From: Mobula hypostoma
Lineage: Eukaryota
Assembly: GCF_963921235.1 (NCBI RefSeq)
Contig: NC_086108.1
Coordinates: forward strand, 31,870,001-31,934,000
Direction: 5' to 3'
Length of the DNA stretch: 64,000 bases
Below the pieces are notes generated by a model. That model was not told the DNA's origin. It saw only the letters and a program-made list of their open reading frames with translations, and made no database searches. Position numbers and translations under genes: made by a program. Positions 39,812-51,829 of the stretch are shown piece by piece (positions within the stretch are counted from its first letter, which is position 1; the number at the start of each line of letters is the position of its first letter).

Positions 39812-40097
39812 ACTGAAGGAAGAGTGAGTAAGGGATTTGAAAGTTGGAGGGGGAGGGGGAGATCCAAAATGATAGGAGAAGACAGGAGGGGGAGGGATGG
39901 AACCAAGAGCTGGACAGGTGATTGGCAAAAGGGGATAGGAGAGGATCATGGAGTGTCCCATGATCCTCTCGTATCCCCTTTTGCCTATCACCTGTCCAGC
40001 TCTTGGCTCTATCCCTCCCCCTCCTGTCTTCTCCTATCATTTTGGATCTCCCCCTCCCCCTCCAACTTTAAAATCCCTTACTCACTCTTCCTTCAGT

Positions 40098-40135
40098 TAG
40101 TCCTGACGAAGGGTCTCGGCCTGAAACGTCGACTG
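40098..40135 (+). ncRNA. Minimal type I hammerhead ribozyme motif
   Basis: tagtc (40098) CTGACGA (40103-40109) agggtctcggcct GAAA (40123-40126) C GTC (40128-40130) gactg. Confidence 0.7.
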
Positions 40136-40302
40136 CACCTCTTCCTACAGATGCTGCCTGGCCTGCTGCGTTCACCAGCAACTTTGATGTGTGTTGCTTG
40201 AATTTCCAGCATCTGCAGAATTCCTGTTGTTTCCTGGAATAATATAACTCATTTTCCCAAAAAAATTGCTCATGAAATAAGCTTTATCAATTTCCACCGA
40301 TT

Positions 40303-42555
40303 ACATAGAAACATAGAAACATAGAAAATAGGTGCAGGAGTAGGCCATTCGGCCCTTCGAGCCTGCACCGCCATTTATTATGATCATGGCTGATCATCCA
40401 ACTCAGAACCCAGCCTTCCCTCCATACCCCGTGACCCCTGTAGCCACAAGGGCCATATCTAACTTCCTTTTAAACATAGCTAATGAACTGGCCTCAACAG
40501 TTTGCTGTGGCAGAGAATTCCACAGATTCACCACTCTCTGTGTGAAGAAGTTTTTCCTAACCTCGGTCCTAAAAGGCTTCCCCTCTATCCTCAAACTGTG
40601 ACCCCTCGTTCTAGACCTCCCCAACATCGGGAACAATCTTCCCGCATCTAGCCTGTCCAATCCCTTTAGGATCTTATACGTTTCAATCAGATCCCCCCTC
40701 AATCTTCTAAATTCCAACGAGTACAAGCCCAGTTCATCCAGTCTTTCTTCATATGAAAGACCTGCCATCCCAGGAATCAATCTGGTGAACCTTCTTTGTA
40801 CTCCCTCTATGGCAAGGATGTCTTTCCTCAGATTAGGGGACCAAAACTGCACACAATACTCCAGGTGTGGTCTCACCAAGGCCTTGTACAACTGCAGTAG
40901 TACCTCCCTGCTCCTGTACTCGAATCCTCTCGCTATAAATGCCAGCATACCATTCGCCTTTTTCACCGCCTGCTGTACCTGCATGCCCACTTTCAATGAC
41001 TGGTGTATAATGACACCCAGGTCTCGTTGCACCTCCCCTTTTCCTAATCGGCCACCATTCAGATAATAATCTGTTTTCCTATTTTTGCCACCAAAGTGGA
41101 TAACTTCACATTTATCCACATTAAATTGCATCTGCCATGAGTTTGCCCACTCACCCAACCTATCCAAGTCACCCTGCATCCTCTTAGCATCCTCCTCACT
41201 GCTAACACTGCCACCCAGCTTCGTGTCATCCGCAAACTTGGAGATGCTGCATTTAATTCCCTCATCCAAGTCATTAATATATATTGTAAACAACTGGGGT
41301 CCCAGCACTGAGCCTTGCGGTACCCCACTAGTCACCGCCTGCCATTCTGAAAAGGTCCCGTTTATTCCCACTCTTTGCTTCCTGTCTGCTAACCAATTCT
41401 CCACCCACACCAATACCTTACCCCCAATACCATGTGCTTTAAGTTTGCACACTAATCTCCTGTGTGGGACCTTGTCAAAAGCCTTTTGAAAATCCAAATA
41501 TACCACATCCACTGGTTCTCCCCTATCCACTCTACTAGTTACATCCTCAAAAAATTCTATGAGATTCGTCAGACATGATTTTCCTTTCACAAATCCATGC
41601 TGACTTTGTCCGATCATTTCACCGCTTTCCAAATGTGCTGTTATCACATCCTTGATAACTGACTCCAGCAGTTTCCCCACCACCGACGTTAGGCTAACCG
41701 GCCTATAATTCCCCGGTTTCTCTCTCCCTCCTTTTTTAAAAAGTGGGGTTACATTAGCCACCCTCCAATCCTCAGGAACTAGTCCAGAATCTAACGAGTT
41801 TTGAAAAATTATCACTAATGCATCCACTATTTCTTGGGCCACTTCCTTAAGCACTCTGGGATGCAGACCATCTGGCCCTGGGGATTTATCTGCCTTCAAT
41901 CCCTTCAATTTACCTAACACCACTTCCCTACTAACATGTATTTCGCTCAGTTCCTCCATCTCACTGGACCCTCTGTCCCTTACTATTTCTGGAAGATTAT
42001 TTATGTCCTCCTTAGTGAAGACAGAACCAAAGTAATTATTCAATTGGTCTGCCATGTCCTTGCTCCCCATAATCAATTCACCTGTTTCTGTCTGCAGGGG
42101 ACCTACATTTGTCTTTATCAGTCTTTTCCTTTTTACATATCTATAAAAGCTTTTACAGTCCGTTTTTATGTTCTCTGCCAGTTTTCTCTCATAATCTTTT
42201 TTCCCCTTCCTAATTAAGCCCTTTGTCCTCCTCTGCTGAACTCTGAATTTCTCCCAGTCCTCAGGTGAGCCACTTTCTCTGGCTAATTTGTATGCTACTT
42301 CTTTGGAATTGATACTATCCCTAATTTCTCTTGTCAGCCACGGGTGCACTACCTTCCTTGATTTATTCTTTTGCCAAACTGGGATGAACAATTGTTGTAG
42401 TTCATCCATGCAACCTTTAAATGCCTGCCATTGCATATCCACCGTCAATCCTTGAAGTGTCATTTGCCAGTCTATCTTAGCTAATTCATGTCTCATACCT
42501 TCAAAGTTACCCCTCTTTAAGTTCAGAACCTTTGTTTCTGAATTAACTACGTCAC
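40303..42555 (-). mobile_element. CR1 LINE (family A), 5'-truncated, uninterrupted RT frame
   Basis: 742-aa ORF 40403-42631 (the first ~25 aa come from flanking DNA) with full RT motifs; (acatagaa)n tail; attacat at both junctions. Confidence 0.95.
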
Positions 42556-43795
42556 ACATTACATGATTGGTGTGTGGATGTAAGATGGGAAGTACATCAA
42601 TGAACCTCCAGTCCAGCTGCCATTTTGCCACTTACAAGTCCACATTGGATTTTGTCAGCTTGATGGGATCCAGTAAGTTGGTTTATTATTGTCATATGTA
42701 TGGAGGTACAGTGTAAACTCTTGTTTTGCAAGCCAAATAGCTGACTCCTTTTTGATAAAATAAAATGGCAGCAAACATTTTAAAGATGCATGTAATCTTG
42801 GTTTTAGTGCTTAAGCTTAATGTGCTAATCCCTGCGTGTCTATTACAGACATTACTTGACTTCTGTCAGTATGTGACTAAATTTCAACAGTCATGATGTT
42901 TTATTATTTGAGCTAATCCTTTTTAAATAATACTGTTGTTGTTTTGAAACTAGATTGAATCCACTTTTCATTTGGTATTGGTTATTTTTCCAGGAGTCGA
43001 TAGAAGATTGCACATGTTAAAACTCATGATATTGTAGATTTATTCTAGAGATGCAATTTTATAGCATGCTGTGTTGATGCAACCTGTCCTGTAAATGACC
43101 AGCAAGCAAAAACCATGGTAGAACACAATTGTCAACTGAACATGACAGCAGTGAAATCATGTCAAATGTATTCAAGCAAGGGTAATGAAAGCTCTTTTAC
43201 AGTAAGTCTTCAGTGTAATTAGAATATCAAAGACTTTGTTTACATAGAATGAACTTATTCATAATATTTTAAAAATGTTCAAGTGGTACATCAGGCAATA
43301 ATCTCTCTGAACTGATAAGTGATTGGCCAAGTACTGTGATATTTAATAAATTTACTAGTAACCCCACAAATGATATTGTAGTTCTCTATTAATTCACACT
43401 TCTTGATTGAAAAAGAGGTTCTTGCATCTCATGCATAGTTTGCACGTTTTACACCAATAACTTTCAAAAACACAAAATGAATCAAAACCAGGCCATTTTT
43501 CTTCCATTAAAACTTTTAATTGCATAATATTATGTCTATATTTGCAGGTATGGATACGTATTGTAGTTTATGAAGCCATCTCCCCAAGCTCAGACTGTTT
43601 GTTTAAGAACATTTCTGATATTCTTCCATTATAAATACAAATGCACAGATTGCAGCTCTTTCCCTGAAGCATTGCAAATTAGACTGAGCCAAACAAAACA
43701 ATTTTGTTCTTCACTTCAGGTGCATATCTTTCAATGGTGTGCTTTGTGGGTATAAGAAAAAATGCACTGTTTGTAAGTTCAGTTCAAGCATTGGA

Positions 43796-43806
43796 AATAA
43801 AATAAA
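43796..43806 (+). promoter_or_regulatory. Candidate distal polyadenylation signal for TMED5
   Basis: Overlapping AATAAAATAAA followed by a GT/T-rich tract, at the end of a repeat-poor AT-rich stretch. More proximal AATAAA hexamers lie at 37673 and 37777. Confidence 0.35.
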
Positions 43807-44169
43807 CATAATCATGTTTGACTTTGTCCTTGTATAATTGTATCAAAATATTTTCAGAGCTAGAAGCTGGCTTATTGCACATTGGGTTCCTTGATTACAT
43901 GTACTTTATGTTCTTTATTGCTGTGGACAGCCTCTGTAGAGTAACTTCAATCATCTTGCTTTGCGTGGGAACAGCTGTGAAAAAGAGCCACTAAATGGTG
44001 CACAGCAGTTTCTTCTGGCCTTTATTTGCCATTTAACTAATGGCTGATATTTTCTGCTACTGGATAACATGCAGACTTTAAAGTTTGGACCTAATTAAAT
44101 CACAGGACAATCCACTGTAAAAGCTAAGTTACCTAGCATTTTACTAAGACACACTGAATCAGCATACAG

Positions 44170-44872
44170 GAGGGAGATTGAAAATTTGGCTGAGGGTCAG
44201 TGACTTTAAGTTCCTGGGTATCTTGGATCTATCATATACATATAATTGCAAGGAAAGCACAACAATGCCTCAACTTCTTCAGGAGTCTGTGGAAAATCGG
44301 CATATCATCAAAAATCTTGGCAAACTTCTATAGATGTGTGGTGGAAAGTGTGCTGACTGGCTACATTACGGCCTGGTATGGGAACACCAATGCCCTTGAG
44401 TGGAAAATCCTTCAAAAGGCAGTGGATTTGGCCTAGTATATCCCATGTAAAGCCCTCCCAACCATTGAGTACATCTACATGAAATGTTGCTGAAGGAAAG
44501 CAGTACTCATCATCAAAGATCCTCACCAACCAGGCCATGCTCTTTTCTTGCTGGTGTCACCAGGTAGAAGGTACAAGAGCCTCAGGACTCGCAACACCAG
44601 GTTCAGGAACAGTTGCTACCTTTCAACCATCAAGTTCTTGAACAAAAGGGGATAACTACACTCATTCTATTTCTGGTGTTCCCGCAACCGATGGTCTCAT
44701 TTAAAGGACTCTTTATCTTGTTATTTATTTGTATTTGCATTTGCACAGTTTGTTGTTCATTGATACTATTTACGGTTACTGTTCGAGGGACTTGCTAAGT
44801 ACACTCGCAGAGAAAGAATTTCAGGGTTGTCTGTGGTGACGTATGTACTCTGATAATAAATTTTGCTTTGAA
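44170..44872 (+). mobile_element. Rex/Babar LINE 3' fragment
   Basis: KAQQCLNFFRSL...NFYRCVVESVLTGYITAWYG; ends gataataaattttgctttgaac. Confidence 0.8.
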
Positions 44873-45457
44873 CCATAGGAGTACGATAATGAGAGCAAAA
44901 GAAGACCATTCTGTCCCCATATCTGCTGCCATTTAGTAAGCCCATGGCTGACCATTCTCAATGCCTTTTTTCTGACCTATCCCATATCCCTGATTTATTG
45001 AATATCCAGAAATCTATCAATCTCAGTTTTGAATGCAATCAATGATGCTGTTAATCCCCGGACCATCAGGGATTTGCCACTATTTGAGTTTTTAGTAAAA
45101 CTCATTGCAGTCCTAGATGGCCTTACTTTGATGTTGCAACTGTTGAACTTTTAAGAAATGTATATGTTTTGTATGCCCTACTATAGACTGATTTACAATT
45201 CATTTGTGGTAATAGCAATGCCTCAGTTAAACAGCTGTATTTCTAATTCTGGCTTGGACATATCACCTCTGGATGGACCGATCTTACTTCACTATTTTGT
45301 TCATTACTTGGATCGATCTCTTCAATAATACTATGTAGTCTATTCTCATCTCAAGGGAATATCTTCATCATGCTCAATGTTTGGTTATAATATAAAATAA
45401 AAAGAATGACAAGAAATATTCCACCAGTCATGCCATCTCTGTGATGGAAACAAATTT

Positions 45458-47352
45458 AATAGACAATAGATGCAGGAGTAGGCCATTCGGCCCTTCAAGC
45501 CAGCACCACCATTCACTGTGATCATGGCTGATCATCCACAATCAGTATCCAGTTCCTGCCTTATCCCCATAACCTTTGATTCCGCTATCTTTAAGAGCTC
45601 TATCCATCTTTTTCTTGAAAACATCCAGAGATTTGGCCTCCACTGCTTCTGGGGCAGAGCATTCCATACATCCACCACTCTGGGTGAAAAAGTTTTTTTC
45701 AACTCTGTTCTAAATGGCCTTATTCTTAAACTGTGGCCTCTGGTTCTGGACTCACCCATCGCAGGAACATGCTTCCTGCCTCCTGTGTGTCCAATCCCTT
45801 AATAATCTTATATGTTTCAATCAGGTCCCCTCTCATCCTTCTAAATTCCAGTGTATACAAGTCCAGTCGCTCCAATCTTTCAACATATGACAGTCATGCC
45901 ATCCCGGGAATTAACCTTGTGAACCTACGCTGCACTCCCTCAATAGTAAGAATGTCCTTCCTCAAATTTAGAGACAAAAACTGCACACAGTACTCCAGGT
46001 GTGGTCTCACCAGGGCCCTGTACAGCTGCAGAAGGACCTCTTTGCTCCTATACTCAATTTCCCTTGTTAGGAAGGCCAGCATGCCATTAGCTTTCTTCAC
46101 TGCCTGCTGTACCTGCATGCCTGCTTTCAGTGACTGATGTACAAGAACACCTAGATCTCATTGTACTTCCCCTTTTCCTAACTTGAGTCCATTTAGATAA
46201 TAATCTGCCTTCCTGTTCTTACCACCAAGGTGGATAACCTCACATTTATCCACATTAAACTGCATCTGCCCACTCACCCAGCCTGTCCAAGACACCCTGC
46301 TTTCTCATAAATCCTCCTCATATTTCACACTGCCACCCAGCTTTGTGTCATCTGCAAATTTGCTAATGTTACTTTTAATCCCTTCATCTAAATCATTAAT
46401 GTCTATTGTAAACAGCTGCGGCCCCAGCAGTGAACCCTGCGGTACCCCACTGGCCACCGCCTGCCATTCCGAAAGGGACCCATTAATTGCTACTCTTTGT
46501 TTTCTGTCAGCCAGCCAATTTTCAATCCATGTCAGTGCTCTGCCCCCAGTACCATGTGCCCTAATTTTGCCCACTAATCTCCTATGTGGGACTTCATCAA
46601 AGGCTTTCTGAAAGTCCAGGTACGCTACATCCACTGGCTTTCCCTTGTCCATTTTCATAGTTACATACTCAAAAAATTTCAGAAGATTAGTCAAGCACAA
46701 TTTCCCCTTCGTAAATCCATGCTGACTCGGACCTATCTTGTTACTGCCATCCAAGTGTGTCGTAATTTCAGTTTTTATAATTGACTCCAGCATCTTTCCC
46801 ACCACTGACGTCAGGCTAACTGCTCTATAATTCCCTGTTTTCTCATTCCCTCCTTTCTTGAAAAGTGGGACAATATTAGCCACCCTCCAATCCACAGGAA
46901 CTGATCCTGAATCTATAGAACATTGGAAAATGATCACCAATGCATCCACAATTTCTAAAGCCACCTCCTTAAGTACCCTGGGATGCAGACCATCAGGTCC
47001 CGTGGACTTATCAGCCTTCAGACCCAACAGTCTATTCAACACCATTTCCTGCCTAATATAAATTTCCTTCAGTTCATCCATTACCCTAGGTCCTTTGGCC
47101 ACTATTATATCTGGGAGATTGTTAGTGTCTTCCCGAGTGAAGACAGATCCAAAGTACCTGTTCAACTCGTCTGCCATTTCCTTGTTCCCCATAATAAATT
47201 CACCCTTTTCTGTCTTCAAGGGCCCAATTTTGGTCTTAACTATTTTCCTTTTCACATACCTAAAGAAGCTTTTACTATCCTCCTTTATATTCTTGGCTAG
47301 TTTACCTTCGTATCTCATTTTTTTCTCTGCATATTACCTTTTTAGTTATCTT
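45458..47352 (-). mobile_element. CR1 LINE (family B), frameshifted RT
   Basis: ORFs 46305-47318 and 45894-46118 with RT motifs; (aatagac)n tail. Confidence 0.92.
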
Positions 47353-47889
47353 CAATTAACATTTCAGAAGAGTGCCCTGATGGGATGTCTGATTTCCATT
47401 TTTTTGTGTTTTGATTAATATGCATGGAACTTGATGGAACTAGGTGCACGAGAGATTTGGGCTTCTTGCCATTCTAAATTATCGGTAAATGGTTTACTCA
47501 GACAGACTTAAGGCAGATATTGCCATTACCCAGTGTCTCTATGTGTAATCAGCCTAACTCTAGGGGTCCAGTAGACAGAGCAGTCAAGGTGATTGAACAA
47601 ACAAGTGTTACGATTTGGAAGATTATGAAGTTGTTTTGTGATGTATATTTAGGGACTCAAGTGTAAGAACAGATTATTCTTACAAACCAGCAGTCTAAAC
47701 CTGCAGCACTGTAAATAATGAATCAGTCTGTTTGCATGCAGCAATAGATGAAGTTCAAGGATGGGTTACAAGTATCTCACATGATTTCACAAAAACTTTC
47801 CATTATCCACAAGGCATAAGCCAGTGAAGGGAAGTTCTTTCCTTGGCCGTTCACATCCAGCTCCACACTTGGAATGCTCAAAACCATCC

Positions 47890-48920
47890 GAGTCATATTC
47901 TGCATGGAGGTCGGTGACCAGTGGTGTGCCTCAGGAATCTCTTCTGGGGCCCCTTCTTTTTCTGATTTTTATAAATGACCTGGATGAGGAAATGGAGGGA
48001 TGGTTAGTAAATTTGCTGATGACACAAAGGTTGGGGGTGTTGTGGATAGTGTGGAGGGCTGTCGAAAGTTACAGCAGGGCATCAATAAGACGCAAAACTG
48101 GGCTGAGAAGTGACAGATGGAGTTCAACCCAGATAATTGTAAGATGCAACAGATGGTTCATTTTGGAAGGTCACATATGATGCCACAATATAGTATCAAT
48201 GGTAAGACTCTGGGCAATGTGGAGGATCAGAGGAATCATGGAGTCTGAGTCCATAGGACACTCAAAGCTGCTGCACAGGTTGACTCTGTGGTTAAGGCAT
48301 ACAGTGCATTGGCCTTATCAACCATGGGATTGAGTTTAAGATCCGAGAGGTAATGTTGCAGCTAGATAGGTCAGACCCCACTTGGAGTACTGTGCTCAGA
48401 TCTGGTCACCTCACTACAGGAAGGATGTAGAAACTATAGAAAGGGTGCAGAGGAGATTTACAAGGATGTTGCCTGGATTGGGGAGCATGCCTTATGAGAA
48501 GAGGTTGAGTGAACTTGGCCTTTTCTCCTTGGAGCGACGGAGGATGAGAAGTGACCTGATAGAGGTGTATAAGATGATGAGAGGCATTGATGGTGTGGAG
48601 AGTCAGAGGCTTCTTCCCAGAGCTGAAATGGCTAACACAAGAGGGCACAGTTTTAAGGTACTTGGAAGTAGGTACAAAGGCGATGTCAAGGGTAAGTTTT
48701 TTATGCAGAGAGTGGTGAGTGCGTGGAATGGGCTGCCGGTGACTGTGTTGGAAGCGGATACAATAGGGTGCTTTAAGAGGCTCCTGGATAGGTACATGGA
48801 GCTTAGAAAAATAGAGGGCTATGGGTAACCCGAGGTAATTTCTAAAGTAAGTACATGTTCGGCACAGCATTGTGGGCCGAAGGGCCTGTATTGTGCTGTA
48901 GGTTTTCTATGTTCTATGTT
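47890..48920 (+). mobile_element. CR1 LINE 3' part (family C)
   Basis: [25 protein letters not shown] and EYCAQIWSPHYRKD; (ttctatg)n tail. Confidence 0.9.
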
Positions 48921-49889
48921 CATCCTCTTGGTATATTAACCTGACTTGCAACAGTGCCACCTTTCCTTCTTTGTTAGTGGTTGATAGTCCAGGACTCCCG
49001 ATCCTGAAATATATTTTCACCTTATCACTTTATCTGTACAGCAAGGTGGCTCATTTTCACCTTCTCAATGGCAGTTTAGCATGGGTAATAAATACTTGTG
49101 AAGTGAATTTTAAAGCATTTTGTTGCACCCACAAATTTGTACAGAACTTAATGTTCCCCTGGTGTGTGCACCATATAAAAATTGATCCTGTGATCCTTCC
49201 TTCTGAGTTCATTATCCCTCAGTCCCAAGTCAATGCTTTAGTCATGCATGATTCTGGAAATACAAAATGGAACTTGAGGGCTTCACCTCGTAATACGAAA
49301 CCCATTCAATGAATAGAAGCCTTTATTGTTGACTTACTTTTTTTTTTGTTGCACTATTTGTTTATTTTGTAATTTATAGTAAGTATGACTTTGTACTGTA
49401 CTGCAGCCATAAAAACACATTTCATGGCGTATAAATTGGTGATAATTTTAATTCTGATTCTGAGGTGAATGGATACATCGTAGTAACCCTTGAGTGAAGT
49501 CAATGGGTAGTGGGGAGCCAATAATGTTTCCCAATCCCATTGCCTAAGGTGCCACCAGTCCTTTAGTGGTCAAATCAGACAAAATAATTTCTTCAAGGAC
49601 ACAGTGAACCATCTGAGCAGCAAAGTGAGTGAAGTGTTGTGTTGTGGCCACTTGGAAAGGAAGATGAATGTCAACATGGTGCTGGTCTCCAGGAATGAGT
49701 GCAGTCCAAGTCTAAGAGTATGACCAAATGTCTTCCACTAGAACACCAGACTTGTGATGACACTCTAGAAAATTTGAGAAGGCTGCAGTATGTGAAGACT
49801 CACTTTAAATGATAGATAGTTTGTGCCCCTATTTGCTTCCTTCCCCAAATATCCCTGGTAGACCTGATGTTCCTGCTGAGATACCAATG

Positions 49890-50960
49890 TGAATCAGAAT
49901 CAGAAAAAGGTTTATTATCAGTAACATATGCCACAAAAATTGTTATTTGGCATGACATAAAAATTACTATGAGTTACAACAATAAATAAATAGAGTAGAA
50001 GACAAATAATGAGGTATTGTTCATGGGTTTGTGGACTGTTCCATGGCAGAGGGGAAGAATCCGCTCTTAAAATGTTGAGTGTGGGTCTTCAGGCTCCTGT
50101 ATCTTCTCTCTGGCTGTAGTAACAAGAAGAAGGGATGTCCCAGACAGTGTGTCCTTTATGATAGATGACACATTTTTCAGGCACCACCTCTTAAAGATGG
50201 TGGGAAGGGCTGTGCCCGTGATGAAAATGGTTGAGTCTTCAGCCTCTTATAATCTACGTTGGAGCCTCCATACCAGATGGTGATGCAAGCAGTCAGAATT
50301 CTCTCCACATCTACAAAAATTTGCAAGAGACTTTGGTGACATACAAAATCTCTTCAAACTTTTAACAAAGTAGAACTGCTGATATGCCGTCTTCTGATTT
50401 CATCAATGTGTTGGGCCAAGGTAGATGTTGACGTCCATGAACTTGAAGCCTTTCCACTGCTGACCCCTGAATGAGAACGGGTGTGTGTTCTCCCAACTTT
50501 CCCTTCCTGAAGTCCACAATCAGTTCTTTGGTCTTGCTGACATTGAGTGTGAGGATATTGTTGCAACTCCACTCAACCAGTCAAGCTATCTCACTTCTGT
50601 ACACCTCCTCATCGCAATCAAAGATTCTGCCCATGGCAGTGGTATTACCAGCAAATTTATAAATGGAGTTTGAGCCGTGCATGCCCACACGGTCATGTGT
50701 AGAGAGAAGTAGAGCAGTCAGCTAACCACACATCCTCGATGCACCTGTGTTGATTGTCAATGAAGAGGAGATTTTATTACCAATCTGCCTTGACTGTGGT
50801 TGTGAAGATAATGGATCCTCAACTTCATGTGATAATGAAGTTGAGGATCCAGTTGCAGAGGGAGCTACAGCGGTCCAGGTTTTGAAGCTCTTTATTAGCA
50901 CTGAGGTGGTGATGGTGTCGAATGCCAAGCTATTATCCATAAGCAGCTGTATATTTTACT
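49890..50960 (-). mobile_element. Rex/Babar LINE, degenerate
   Basis: (aatcag)n tail at 49892; minus-strand remnants of LNVSKTKELIVDFRK and ILTACITIWYG. Confidence 0.7.
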
Positions 50961-50999
50961 GTTCTCTAGGTGCATCGAAGTTGAAGCTAGAAGATCCAC

Positions 51000-51150
51000 T
51001 GCTTCACAGCACCAGAGACGTGGGTTCAATCCTGACTTTGAGGCGGTCTCTTATGACTTTGCACTTTCTTGACGACTACATGGGGTCCTTCTGGATGTTC
51101 AATTTTCTCCCACATTTTGACAATGAGCAGAGTGATAGGTTAACTGGCCT
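51000..51150 (+). mobile_element. tRNA-derived SINE remnant
   Basis: B-box-like gggttcaatcc followed by a V-SINE-like body. Confidence 0.45.
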
Positions 51151-51829
51151 CCAAGATGGTGATCACAGAGTTGCTGGATGCTGTGGGGATTCACACAGGT
51201 GTACCGTTATTCTCCCTTTGAAAGCATTGAGCTCATCAGGGAGTGAAGCACCTCTGCCCGTTCACCTCTGAACTGTCAAAGGTCTTTCAGCAATCTGCAA
51301 TCAGTCAGCGAGCTACCCTGTAAAGTCTCCCAGTGAAAGTGAACTGTCCTTTTAAATAGCAAGGAAAGCTCCTTGTTCTGAAACACCAATTGCTGACGGA
51401 ATTTAGCATGTCAGATGCATCTGTCGAGTGAAACTGTGGATATTTTGGGTCAAGACCTTTCAGCTGGACTCAAGTACGTAGTAACGATGAGAGAGCCAGA
51501 ATAAATATATGAGAGGAAGGGGTGGAGCAAGAGCTGGTGAGCACGGGGGACCTGAGTGCTTCATCAGAAACAGAAAGGGATGGGAGGGAAGCAGATGACC
51601 TAAAATTGGAGAATTCAATGTTCAAGCATTGTAGGCTACACTGGTAATCTTCTCCCCTCCGTCTAGTACTTGGAAAAGATCCAGCGTTGTGGGGAATTAG
51701 TGATTTGCAATTCACTTATGCAGTTTTTTCTAGGTTAAGTAGAATTCTGCACAAACAGAAAACATATGATGAGCAACCCGGTTCAAAGGCACCTTTGCAC
51801 AATAGACCAGAGTATCATTCTGATAGTAT

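Larger units (their letters stand above)
39710..40230. mobile_element. Penelope-derived fold-back insertion: 242-bp inverted repeat plus tail
   Basis: Arms 39710-39951 and 39958-40199 (about 5 mismatches, 6-nt loop). 17-bp TSD ttcctggaataatataa at 39695-39711 and 40231-40247. Confidence 0.92.

Noticed and set aside
39648..40201. ORFs over the hairpin elements (also 22081-22377 and 13340-13657)
   Set aside because: Chance frames of the non-coding PLE terminus, mirrored on both strands by the palindrome.
40403..42631. 742-aa ORF as a domesticated RT gene
   Set aside because: It is nearly identical to neighbouring CR1 copies, 5'-truncated and lacks the endonuclease; the start comes from flanking DNA. 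A recent insertion explains the open frame.
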